This document shows, piece after piece, positions 49,133 through 60,489 of a stretch of DNA of 64,000 nucleotides. The stretch is taken from the NCBI RefSeq assembly GCF_009834535.1, contig NC_045696.1, positions 119,228,001 through 119,292,000 of the forward strand. The letters run 5' to 3'. The translations under genes were made by a program, and so were the position numbers. The DNA comes from Camelus ferus. Taxonomy: Eukaryota. Each line of letters starts with the position of its first letter. Position 1 is the first letter of the stretch. Under the pieces are notes generated by a model. That model worked only from the letters and a program-made list of their open reading frames with translations, ran no database searches and was not told the DNA's origin.

Positions 49133-50179
49133 CGGCTCTCAGCTGATTCCTCTGCACAAACACTACAGGCTGGAAGGGAGGGGCAAGATCTATTCAAAGT
49201 CCTGAATGAAAAAAAGATGCAGCCTAGGATACTGGATCCAGCAAGGCTATCCTTCAGAATAGAAGGAGAGATAAAGAACTTCACAGACAAGCAAAAACCA
49301 AAAGAGTTTAGCAACACTAAACCCATGCTAAGAGAAATATTGACAGGTCTACTCTAAATAGAAAAGAAGCAGGATGCTACAAAAACGAGAAACTCTAACT
49401 GGAAAGGAGATAACTGCCATGAATTACAGAAAGAATAAACACAAAATTGTTAAAGAGGACATCTAAACCATTAAGAGTGGGAGAGGGAAGCAAGGAAAGC
49501 CACGGTGGAAAACAGTATGGAGATTCCTCAAAAGACTAGGAATAGACTTACCATATGACCCAGGAATCCCACTCCTGGGCATATATCCAGAAGGAACCCT
49601 ACTTCAGGATGACACCTGCACCCCAGTGTTCATAGCAGCACTATTCACAATAGCCAAGACATGGAAACAGCCTAAATGTCCATCAACAGATGACTGGATA
49701 AAGAAGAAGTGGTATATTTATACGATGGAATACTATTCAGCCACAAAAATCGACAACATAGTGCCATTTGCAGCAACATGGATGTTCCTGGAGAATGTCA
49801 TTCTAAGTGAAGTAAGCCAGAAAAAGAAAGAAAAATACTATATAAGATCGCTTATATGAGGAATCTAAAAAAAACCAAAACATAAATACAAAACAGAAAC
49901 AGAGTCATAGACATAGAATACAAACTTGTGGTTGCCAAGGGGGCAGGGGGTGGGAAGGGACAGACTGGGATTTTAAAATGCAGAATAGATAAACAAGATT
50001 ATACTGCATAGCACAGGGAAATATACAAGATCTTGTGGTAGCTCATAGCAAAAAAAAATGTGACAATGAATACATACATGTTCATATATGAGTGGAAAAT
50101 TGTGCTCTACACTAGAATTTGACGCAACATTGTAAAATAACTATTACTCAATTAAAAAATGTAAAAAAAACCCAAAAAA
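49133..50179 (+). mobile_element. Young 5'-truncated L1 with ORF1 C-terminus joined to ORF2 C-terminus (large internal deletion)
   Basis: RLSADSSAQTLQA..QPRILDPARLSFRIEGEIKNFTDKQK..GLL* is the ORF1 end (stop 49357). From ~49498 comes the ORF2 end (..IDLPYDPGIPLLGIYP..FIAALFTIAKTWKQPKCPSTDDWIKK), then 3' UTR and A-tail. Confidence 0.9.
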
Positions 50180-50493
50180 CAAAACGTTGAGCCTGGGGCA
50201 CGGGTCATATGTCTAGCGCTGACATTTAAGAAAAGAGATCGCAAGGTTTGAACACCAAAGACACAGCATATTTAGTCCTCTTTTCATCTGTAAAGTGGAC
50301 AAAGTTCTCCAAATAGAATTTTCAGCGTTTGAAAGAAACTTCTTTGTGTATATATGAGTGTAGCTTCCAAAGCAAATATTAAACTCCTTCAAAGGTAATA
50401 AGTAATTTCTACGTTACGGGAGAAGTCTGCCTTCCAGCTAAACTATTTGAAGTGGAGACGGAGATGGACAGTTTTTTAAATGTGTGAATTAAA

Positions 50494-50684
50494 GAGGGGG
50501 ACGGAATAGCTCAGTGGTAGAGCGTGTGCTTGGCGTGCACGAGGTCCTGGGTTCAATCCCCAGTAATCTAATTTAATCTCCATTTAAATAATTAAATGAA
50601 TTTAATCTCATTAAAATAAACCCAATTACCCCACCAAAAAAAAAAAAAAAACTAGAAAGAAAAGAAAGAATAAAAAATAAAGTA
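50494..50684 (+). mobile_element. Camelid SINE, long-tail form
   Basis: SINE body. TSD aaatgtgtga(a/c)ttaaa at 50478-50493 and 50685-50700. Confidence 0.92.
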
Positions 50685-51017
50685 AAATGTGTGACTTAAA
50701 TCCACTAGCCCTGCTGACATGGGACTCTGGACACACTGCCGTGAAGAGGAGGCTTGTTTCCTTTTCCGCACTTACTTCTGGCGTGGATGGCTAGTTGGGA
50801 TTTTTTCTGGTTTAGGCACTGGCAGCGCACCCGCGTGCCCAGGACCCCTGGCTGGGGAAGGCCCGTCCATCCTGTTCAGCTTACAGCTTGCTGCTTGAAT
50901 TCAGAGACTCTCCCTGGAATGGCTCAAGATGTACTGGGCCCTCCGGGCTGGACTGCCCGCCTCCCCGGGGTGGGTTACAGACCTCCCCTCAGAGCCTCCA
51001 CCACCTAGGATCTGAAA

Positions 51018-51193
51018 TAGAGCCGACCTTTGAACAGCGCGGACGTTAGCCCGGCTATAATTTATAATGGACCCTCCGTATCCGAGGTTCTCTGAATCCA
51101 CAGATGGAACCAACCACTGACCGTCTAGTAGCATTTCCTACTGAAAACCATCCACACACAGCTCAGACCCGCATTGTCCAAGGGCCGACTGTA
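51018..51193. mobile_element. Tigger2-derived MITE
   Basis: Imperfect terminal inverted repeats ta.agccgacctttgaaca ... ttgtccaagggccgactgta, with TA ends. Confidence 0.65.
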
Positions 51194-51723
51194 ATTTCTG
51201 TTGCTGGTGAGCGGTGGTGGCCGTCCCCAGCAAAGGAGAGAGGGGAGCCTGCCGGTGAAGGGAGGCGGGCACGCTGCGGAGGTGGGGGCCGGGGAGGCCT
51301 CCCTTCCTCCCAGCTGTTTCTCACGCGGTGAAACCCTGCCCAGGTGGTGTTCTCAGCTGCGTGCTTCTCACGCTGTGGTCCGTGATCCAGCAGTGTCGGC
51401 CTCACCCAGGAGCTTGTTTAAAATGCCACTCTCTCCCCTCCCCGGGCCCCCTGAGTCAGAAACCCCAGGACAGGGTGGGGGACCCATGTCTGAAGGAACC
51501 CCCCCCCAGGGACACTGACACCCCCTCCAGTCTGGGAGCCAGTGTCTTAGCTGAGGGGTCTGGGGCTCCCGCCAGACCCACTTTGTGGTTCTCCATTCAA
51601 ATTTTATCATTATTGATTTGGTAAAAATAGGCCTGTCAGGGAGCCTTCACTGTAGATACTCGTTTTGAATAAGACACCAAAGCATCTTTCCTGGCGGTGA
51701 AGGCCGGGCTGCCATTAGCTGAC

Positions 51724-51765
51724 TGCCTGGCTTCGTGGGTCGAGTGCCTGGCTTCGTGGGTCGAG
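51724..51765. repeat. Exact 21-bp tandem duplication TGCCTGGCTTCGTGGGTCGAG x2
   Basis: Read directly from the sequence. Confidence 0.95.
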
Positions 51766-52106
51766 CACCTGACCTGGCAGATGGGTCCTAACGTCATGAG
51801 GTCCAGAAGCTGAGGCACCTTGTGCAACGGGCTGAGCTATTCCAAAGGTGTGTCACCCTTCCCCTGGCTTCCTCTCCTCCCTTCCTTCCCGAACAGGAGC
51901 CCAGAACCCCTCACCCACCAGGAATGAGAGGGTGGAAGTTAGTATGGAGCCAGAGGAACCTGTGCTTGAATTTCAGCTCTGCTACTTTCTGGCTGTGTGA
52001 TTTTGGACAAGTTACTTAACCTCTCTGACCCTCTGTGTGCTTATCATACAATGGCGCTAACAGTGCCTGGTGAGAGAACTGCTTTGGGGATTCGGGGAAG
52101 TGGGAA

Positions 52107-52150
52107 ACCTCGTCACAGTGTGAGACACCTCGTCACAGTGTGAGACACCT
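52107..52150. repeat. Exact 20-bp tandem duplication ACCTCGTCACAGTGTGAGAC x2 (+ACCT)
   Basis: Read directly from the sequence. Confidence 0.95.
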
Positions 52151-54956
52151 GGTGGATGCCTTGGTACGTGCTTTTCTTTCCTAAGCGGGGATTCTGCCGG
52201 CAGTCGGCCCTCAAAATTCGGAAAATTTAGCTCTTAGATGATATGGACCCTGAGTTTTGGCCGCTGCTCCTTCCCTGCATCATGAGCATGTCCCCCAGCA
52301 AAGAGGAGGAGGAGGAAGTGAACGACTTGAGCCAAAGCCTGCTGGTGAACCGGCTGCAAGCCTGGGGAGCCAATAACGTCACCCTGCGCCATCGGAGGAC
52401 ACAGAAAATGGTGCGGGCCTTGAAGGCATGTGGCTTGGCAGATTTTCCTGGGATGACTTGGAAGGACAGAAAGACGTGGGCTGGAATAGTTCCAGCCAGC
52501 TTGCCACATGCAGTCCCAAATCCCCCTCTGCCCGGCAGCCTGGCAGGGTCCTGCGGAAAGTGGCGGGTGTGCCCACCACAGGCCTCTCCCAGTCTGCATC
52601 CTTCTGTCTGTACCATCAGGAGATCCACACAGTGGGACCCTCTCCGGGAAGCTGGATGTGGCCGGGCGTCCGAGGAACCGTGGAGGTCCTGTTGCTTATT
52701 TGGCGAGAGCAGCCTCAGGGAGAAGATGGGGTTTGCATTAGAAAATAACCAGGGTCCTGGGGGAGTCTGGCGCAGGGGATCGTCCTGGCTGTACGCGGCC
52801 CACCTGCGGGGGGCGCTGTTCACACCCAGCACGGACCGAATGGGCCCCGGGGTGTGCACCTCCGCCCTGCGGGCAGGGACAGCTCTTTTGGACATGAATG
52901 CCCTGCCCAGGGACAGACAACCGAGTGCCAGAACTGGGGTTTGAACCAGGGCCTTAGCCGCTGTGCTATGTACGGGTGGTGCTTGGGTGTCGTAGCATTT
53001 AGGACCTTTCAGCCCCAGCAGCCTCACCACCTTTTTGGCAAAAGTAAAACTCCCTCCAGCCTCTCTGACAGCTGACATCTCGGATCGCCGTGTCTAGGCA
53101 GGCTTTACTGACCTCCTTCTAAAAACATGCAAAATGCAGAGGGTCTGGCTATTTGGGAACAAAACAAAACAAAACAAAACACTAGGCTCTTCAGTTTGGC
53201 CTGGAGTTAAAATGCAGCAGCAGCTGCAGGTGATAAGGCAGCAGTTAGGGACCATGACCCCCGGGTACCTGAGAGCCACGCAGGGCCAGCCTGGGGCCGC
53301 AGAAGCCGGGCTGAGGCCAGAAGTCCTGGCCCCGCACCGGTGGCTGTGGGCCTCGAGATGAAGTGGGCAACCTTTGGGGTGGGGGTCTGAGGCATCAGAG
53401 GGGGTCCATTGTTGGAAACTCATGGCTTAAGTAGCAGCCTGGCAGCCATCCCATGAGGAAATCCCCAAAAAGGAGCACCCAGGGGAACCCAGCCAACATC
53501 CTAGGTGAGCTCATTTGGGATTTGGGGGAGGGCAGGTGGAGGAGGACAGGATGGATGTTAAATCCGAACCTCGGCATGCACTTTGCTCCTTTCCCTCTTC
53601 TCTGATAGAATATTCTGTCATGCCAGTCTTGTCCAAAAGGAGTTCAGCGCATGAACCCCAGGGTGTGTTCCGGCTGAGCCCCCCAAGTGTGTTCTGGCAG
53701 TTGTTTTATTTGAGGAAGCAGATCTCTACCATGGCAACCGCCACAAGGGTGGCAGACTTTTTAAGGATTTACGTGGCACAGGTTCACTTCTTCCCAGCCA
53801 GGCGCTCAGATTTCTCTGCGACATGGAAATCGTTTTTCCACTGGTGGTGCAGCTGCCTTCCTGGGCTCCCAGCAAGTCACTAGAACGGAGGACTCCCTTC
53901 ACTTTTCTTTCCGTCACAGAATGGCTTAGATTGAAGTCCATGTTTGGTGAAGCCCGTGTGGCCCGATTCAAGTGGAAAGAAAGGAAACAAAAGAAAGAAG
54001 TGAAATTCAAGTGAAACAGCTGTGTGTCCCGTGGGCCGGAGCTGCACCTGTGGGGTGGCCCAGACCCTCCCCCCGGGATCCAGGCCCCCGAGTCTCTTCC
54101 CAGCAAGACCCCTCTCTCCAGCGGGGCCTCTGGACACCGGCCCTGACCCACCCAGCTCTCTATCCTCTGTGCCTGGCATGTCCCAAAGACCTCAGGGATG
54201 CCATCACTCTGAGTGCACACCACCCAGCTCTCCAGCCTCTGTCTCTGAGCACTGGGGCCCGGGCCCCACCAGGGAGGACCTGACATCAAGACGGCAAAGT
54301 TGAGAGGGACCTTCGGCAGGAAGATTGGGGGACCCCTTACATTTGGAGAGAGGGATAAGGTCGCAGACCTCCCTGAGTTGTTACCTACAAAGCACACGCC
54401 TATTTTATTTTATTTTATTTTTTTGCACACTTCTTTTACAAACACCCTTCATGCTTCCATGTCTGCTCCAGCTCATTTGCCCAGATTTATTCCAGACAGT
54501 CTTCTGGAGCAATTCCTGTCGTCAGCAGACTCAGCAGGACTTTGAACTGATTTTTCAAATTGATTTCTCTTTCTGGAGCCCAGCCAGACCTGATGTGTGG
54601 ATGCACGAGTGCCTCCTCACTAAACCCCAAGCTGTGTTCTGACCAAAATCACAGGACTGGCTCACATCCCGCCCCCACCACCAAAACCCGGTGCAGTCAG
54701 CTTGGCCAGACTCCGTGGTCCTTGCATCCATCCATGCATCGCAGGAGAGGTTTGGAGCACCTTCCCTGCGCCAGGCTCTGCGCTGCATCCCAGGGACTCG
54801 GGTGCGCAGAGGACAGGTGGCATCCCTGACCTTGCAAGCCTACGCCTGGCATCAGTAATGACAGCAGACGTATCTGGTATTTCGTGTGCTGGGCACAGCG
54901 CTAAGCCCATTACATGGGTTATTGCATCACCGAGTCGACATAAATACCCTCTCAGG

Positions 54957-55150
54957 CAGAGCTTGGCAAACTCCGGCCCGCCGCCTGTTTTTGTAGATAA
55001 AGTTTTATTGGAACACAGCCATGCCCGTTCATTACGTGCCATCCGTGGGCACTTGTGTGCGACAGTGGTGGAGCGAGCGGCTGCAGCAGCGGCCGTAGGG
55101 CCTGCAAAGCCTGGAGTAGTTCTCTGACTGTAGGAAAAGTTTTGGCCCTG
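54957..55150. mobile_element. MER58A-like hAT element
   Basis: ggcaaactccggcccgccgcctgtttttgtagataaagttttattggaacacagccatgccc..cattacgt. Confidence 0.8.
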
Positions 55151-56159
55151 ATTCAGGTTAGAGTCATTCTCCGGGTTGTGTAGATGAGAACAGAGGCTGA
55201 GGAGTCAGGCGGGCGGTCTCGCTCCGTGGCTTCGATGTGACGCAGGGCTTGCCCTGCTCCGACACTGACTGTGCCCTTGGGCCTTTCTGAGCTCCGTGGA
55301 CTTCCCTGTCCCACAGGGAAACACTCGGCCGCAGGTGGGGCTCCCTGGGAGCCGCATCTGGGATGAATCTGGATGAGGTTTTAGGGGGAGTGCCCTTGGG
55401 AACAACACCCATGGGTAGAAGGGCGCGGGAGGGGGCGGGGGAGACTCTGGGCTGTGAGGCACTCGCAGCTGTGGCCTCGGCCAGCGCTCCATCCAGGTCT
55501 CCCCGGAGCTGGGCTGGTTTGTTAGCTTTGCCTCGAGCTGGAAACCGGAGGACGGGCCGTTGTCCCCGCCTGGATCAGTCACTGGTCGTAGCTTGGCCTG
55601 GAGGGAGAGAGCCTCTGGGGGTGGGGGGTAGCTGGGCTCTCTAGCAGAGGCAGGGGGCTGTCAGCTGCAGCAGCCCCTGCAGTGGTGGCAGGGGGCCCTG
55701 GGCGCCCACATCTGTGCCTTCTGACTCAGGTGACCTGGGGAAGAGGGTGGCCGGTGGGCGGTATGCACAGCTGCTCTGAGTGGGAGTAGCCGGAGCGCTG
55801 GCACTTGGGAAGAGCAGGCCCGCGTCCCCTCCCCCATCCTGCTTCTCCCGATGGCCGGATTTCAGCACTTGCTTTCCCAGGCCTTTGATCTGGGGCCAAT
55901 GGAAAGAAGTACCTCTCGCCCATTCCCCAGACCCTGAAATCCGCAAGTAAGATACATGCCGTGGCCAGCATCCTCAGGCTCTCGGTGGGTGTGACATTTG
56001 GGCCTTGATTTGGTTTGGTGCCGGACACGCCCTGCTCCAGGAATACTGGAAATTGTGTGTCTTGCTGTGAGAAGTGACACTGTGTGAATGCAAACGTTCG
56101 TTGCAAGCTCTCCATTCACGGAGGCTGACGTATTTATCTCCATCTTCCCCAATTTCTAG

Positions 56160-56531
56160 TTTCAGTGGCGATTCTCCCGAGAAGAAATGCGCAACAGGCA
56201 GTCCAGGAAATCCAGGGGTAAGCGCGGAGCCAGAGACAAGCAGCAGACAGAAGAAAAGGAGAAGAATCTAGAAGACCAGTTTCCCAAAGCGGGAGACATG
56301 GGAAACCATCTGCCGGGGCTGCAGCAGGAGGACTGGGCCTCCCAGGAGAAGGTCACAGGGGAAAAGCTGTGTCCCGACGGCCAGCTCTGTGTGGATGGCG
56401 GGGCCGTGCAGAACGGTCCCTCTGGCCACAGCCCGTCCCCGGCTGGGGGCGGCGCTGGGCGCTCCAGTCCTGATCCTGGAGAGGGTGCCAGGGAGGGAGG
56501 TGCTGAGGAGGCAGCAGCAGAGGACAACTGA
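56160..56531 (+). CDS. RFTN1: Raftlin terminal coding exon, FQWRFSREEMRNRQ...AAAEDN*
   Basis: Acceptor cttccccaatttctag|TTT, phase 0. Stop TGA at 56529-56531. FQWRFSREEM and EKNLEDQ match raftlin. Confidence 0.95.
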   Translation, partial: FQWRFSREEMRNRQSRKSRGKRGARDKQQTEEKEKNLEDQFPKAGDMGNHLPGLQQEDWASQEKVTGEKLCPDGQLCVDGGAVQNGPSGHSPSPAGGGAGRSSPDPGEGAREGGAEEAAAEDN

Positions 56532-57535
56532 GTCCCCGGCAGGTGTGCTGAGGCCTGACCAGCCAGCACACTGGAGGCTCGGTGCCAGCGGCCAGGCTGG
56601 GGGCTGGTTTGCTCTGGTGTCCAGTGTTACCCTTTGGCTTGGCTTGACCTCTCCTTGTGAGCTTACCTGGACCCTGTGAGGGCTGGGTCATTGACAGTGT
56701 TGGTTTCTGCACATCCATTTGAAACGTGTTGTGATGCCCCAGCGTTAGAACGCAAGAGGTCAGGTTACTCCTAGACCTCAGGGCTGGAGGCCCAGCCTGG
56801 CTCCACCGCTCCTCCTTGGACGGGCTGGACCATCCAGTGCCGGTGTCCACCCCCACCCCCAGGGCCTCCAGGGGGCCTTTGGGCCACATGCAAGGGCCTC
56901 CCTGGCTAGAGTCAAGGCCAAGCTATTCATCCCCAGCCCCTCAAGGGCAGAGGGCAGGGTCCATCCCTGCTGTTCGCTGCAGCTCCCTGACGATCATGAC
57001 AACCTCTGGCGCCCTGCCAGCTGCCCTTCTCCCCTCAACCCCCCCTTGGACCCCATTGCTTTGGCAAAGAAAATGACATTGGGGAGGGGAGGTGCCCCAC
57101 CTCCTGGCTTTTCTCAAAGTGTTCCCATAGATACTGGTAATCTGGAAATGAAGAGCTAATTCTGTGTGTGTACCTACTCTTGCAGAATGTCCAAGAAAGT
57201 ATTCTGTGTTAGTATTAACGCCAAAAAGTTTTTTTAAAGGTTTTGTATTCAGCACATCATATGAACATGCGCTTTGTCTGTCATTTTGGGGCACACCAAC
57301 TGGGGGGAGCCCTGGTTATGTGCTGCTGTCATCAGTGTATCATTGGCCAAGTCACTTCCCATGGATGCTGTCACATGTTTGTATCGCCCAGAAAGTGTTG
57401 TTGAGGCTTTAAGTAGTGCAGCTGGCAAACCTTGAGGGGAGAGCGCCAGCCGTCTTGACCAAAACAGCAGCCTGTCTCTTCTCTTTCTTGTTTAGTTACT
57501 CAAAGCAATAAATCATCTGTGAGTTTAATGCATTG
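56532..57535 (+). other. RFTN1: RFTN1 3' UTR (approximate end)
   Basis: Repeat-free stretch from the stop codon to the AATAAA at 57507. Confidence 0.6.
57507..57512 (+). terminator. Probable RFTN1 polyadenylation signal AATAAA
   Basis: First AATAAA I see after the stop, followed by TG/T-rich sequence (tgtgagtttaatgcattgtgagtatt). A second AATAAA lies near 57897. Confidence 0.65.
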
Positions 57536-59234
57536 TGAGTATTGAGAATTTATCACATCGCAGTGAAAGGTCGTAGCCTCGCATCCAGAGGATTGGACCC
57601 TGGGTCCTCCATTCACATTGCCTAAGTTTCAGACTCCTGGCAGCAACAGGATGACTTTGGAGACGAGATAGAAGCTCCTGTGAGAATACTGGAGCCAGCT
57701 GAGCAGCTCTGCTTTCTGGTTATTTGTAGAAGGAAGACAGAAAACGAGAATCAGGTGCCAGCAGGTAAGTCAGGGTGTGGCCACTCCCACCGCCCAGAGT
57801 GGTGGAGCCGAGAACAAAAAGCCCTACAGCAGTTTCTAAGCACGTCTCCAAGCTTTTAAGTCAATTTCAAGAAGTGAGTCTTTGCAAATTTGCTAAAATA
57901 AAACACATTGTTTATAGATTTTTATGGGGCAGAATTGAAACCCTTAGATGGCCCCACTATAGTCGTTTTTCCTGTTGATTTTTGAGCAGACTTCCCTCCC
58001 AGCCCCCCAGAGCCTACACACAAAGGTTGAAGGCTCTGTCCAAAGAGAAGATACTTTTATAAATATAGTTCTAAAGAAAGCAGCTTGTTCAAAGTTATTT
58101 TTTAATGACATTTCCCACAATTATACTCAGAAAGATCTACACAGCATTTTGACTTAATACACATACTATCTCTTAGCCCATATTTTAGAGGACCACGACC
58201 CTTGAGAAATAGGCTCTCCAGCAGCGAGCTGGGGCGGAAACAAGGCCCCCAGCTCTCAGGACCCCGGCCGTGCCCTCCAGGTGGACAGCTGACATCACTC
58301 AGAGTTGGGTCTAGTTTTTAATAATTAAGTGACATTGGTGGTGGCAGGATTTGTTGTGGAAAAAAGTTACAGGTGGATGTAGCTCATTTGAATGCGCAGC
58401 CTAGCATCCGGCTAACAGGTAACTCCCGAAGGTCTTACCCTCCTGGCTCCTCCACACCCCTGCTGCTGTCCGGCCAGGTTTCAGCTTACCTCGGGCAGTT
58501 CTCTAATTGGCTGCACCTTAGAGTCACTGAGGGGGGAGTAGGTTAAAAAATCCCTGACACCTGGGTCCCACGCAGGAGGCTGTGGGTGGTTGCCCTGGGG
58601 CGTGACCGGGGCCTGTGGGATGGATAAACCCTTCCGGGAGTCGGCAGTGAGGCCAGGAAGGAGCCCCACGGCCACGGGACACCTAGGAATCCCATCCCAG
58701 CTTCTCTGTGAGATGAGATGCTTTCTACGAAAGGTAAATAAACAAGCCCCTCAACCTGGTCCCTACATCCTGTGTGAGTGTGGGGCTGCCTGGAGGAAAT
58801 TTTACTTTGCTGTGGTTGCCGGTAGGGGAAAAGGCTATGGTGCATGGGCCCTGCCCAGGCCCCAGTGACCAGTAGAAGTAGCAAAGACTTGCAGGGTTTG
58901 GCGTGAGACTTGTACGCGTGGTGGTCAGTCCTTGGGGCTGCGGCGGCCACAGCGGGTCTGGAGGGACGGGGGTTCCTGAGAGGTGATCCGCTACCAGAGG
59001 CAGGGACACAGGTAGCTGCCCTGGCCCTGCTGCCACCACCCGACGGGGCCTCCTGGGGAGTCCGAGGCACTCAGACTTGCGGGGAGGCCAAGGCCAGCCT
59101 CACGGAGGGAGAAGAGAGGCTGCCCTGGAGGGTTCTGGAAGGTCTTCGGGCCAGTGTTTGCCTGTGGAAGGTTTTTAGAGGGAAAGGGAAGAAAACCTCT
59201 CCCAGGAACAAGAGATGTTCCTCTGAAACTGTGG

Positions 59235-59830
59235 CTGAATTCTGAGCCTTTTACTCGAAGTGTAAATTTACCCATCTTCCTACGGATGCACGGTTAAGCT
59301 GCTTCCACGCCTGACTATTTTCAAACAGTGCTGCGGTGAACATGTTTGCTCGTTTCCTGGTGACCACGTATGAGAACGTCTTTGGAGTGTGTATCTAGGA
59401 GGCCTGCTGGGTTGAAGGATATGCACACCTCCAGTTTATTAGATGTTGTCAAACAATTCTCCAAAGTGACTGCAGCAGTTTGTACTTCGGACGCCAGTGT
59501 CCAAGGATTCCTGTTTCCCCGTCTCTTCACAGCGTGGGGTTATTAGTCCACTGATTGTCGTCATGTTCGTGTTAATTGCATTGTCCTCGTGACTGGTCGG
59601 TTTGGGCGTCTGTCCTGTTTATTGGCCATCTGAGTGCCCCTTTCTGTGAATTGCTTGGTTATATTTTTTCCTCAATTTTCCATATGTTTGTCTTTTTAAA
59701 TTGATTTATGCAAGTTCTTTAGGGATTCTAGGCATTAATTCCTTGCTTATGATATGCATTGCAAATCTCTTTTCCCAGTTTTTAGTTTGATTTTAACTTA
59801 GTTTATGTTATTTGCCTCCATTAAAGTTTT
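59235..59830 (-). mobile_element. Old L1 (L1ME-type) remnant
   Basis: aaacagtgctgcggtgaacat..gctgggttgaagga..tttattggccat..ttttctgtgaattgc..gcaaatctcttttccca. Confidence 0.7.
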
Positions 59831-59848
59831 AAAGTTTAAAAAAAAAAG

Positions 59849-59932
59849 TGGGGGAGGATGTAGCTCAAGTGGTAGAGCGCATGCTTAACGTGCACAAGGT
59901 CCTGGGTTCAATCCCGAGTACCTCCTCTAAAA

Positions 59933-59991
<59 letters not shown>

Positions 59992-60030
59992 ACAAACCTA
60001 ATTCCCTCCTCCCCCTACACCCCACAAAAA
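59849..60030 (+). mobile_element. Camelid SINE, long-tail form with a long pure (TAAA)n
   Basis: gggggaggatgtagctcaagtggtagagcgcatgctta...(TAAA)~14..aaacctaattccctcc. Confidence 0.93.
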
Positions 60031-60489
60031 GTGTTTTCAAGACCCGCTCCTCACCCGTAGGAGGTTCAGGAGAGGATGTGGGTGCTTAGTGCCACTCAAG
60101 GGGCCATCAGGGGAGGGGAAGGAAATCTTACCAAATTGGCTTGAAAAAACGCAGGTGTATTGCCCTAAAGTGCACATGGCCACAAGGTCAAGTACTGACC
60201 TAGGGAGGTCCTGAGGACACCTGCGTTAGGGAAGTCACCAGGTGGCCTGTTTTGTGCTGGGCTTCATGGGGTGGACCCGCCCAGCCCAGCTTTGGAATCA
60301 GAGCTGGGCTAGCTGACACGTGTAAATTCAAGTCAGGTTTTTTGCATCTCCCAGCATCCGTCTCCTCACGTGTGGATGAGGCCTGACGCCACCTCATCAG
60401 GTTTTTTTTGACGATTTGTGCGCTGTATGTGAAGCATTTGGTCTGTTGGGAGCAGTTAATCATATGCCTTTGGGTAATAAACGTGGCAG

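Noticed and set aside
52114..52140. CACAGTG heptamers in the 20-bp duplication (also at 42571 after the CA run) as V(D)J recombination signals
   Set aside because: No ACAAAAACC-like nonamer at 12- or 23-bp spacing.
51724..52150. Short direct repeats as a CRISPR-like array
   Set aside because: Only two abutting copies each, no spacers, mammalian context.
56298..56531. Internal in-frame ATG with strong Kozak (MGNHLP..) resembling a myristoylation start
   Set aside because: No evidence for an internal promoter, there is an upstream in-frame ATG in the same exon, and residue 6 is not the usual Ser/Thr.
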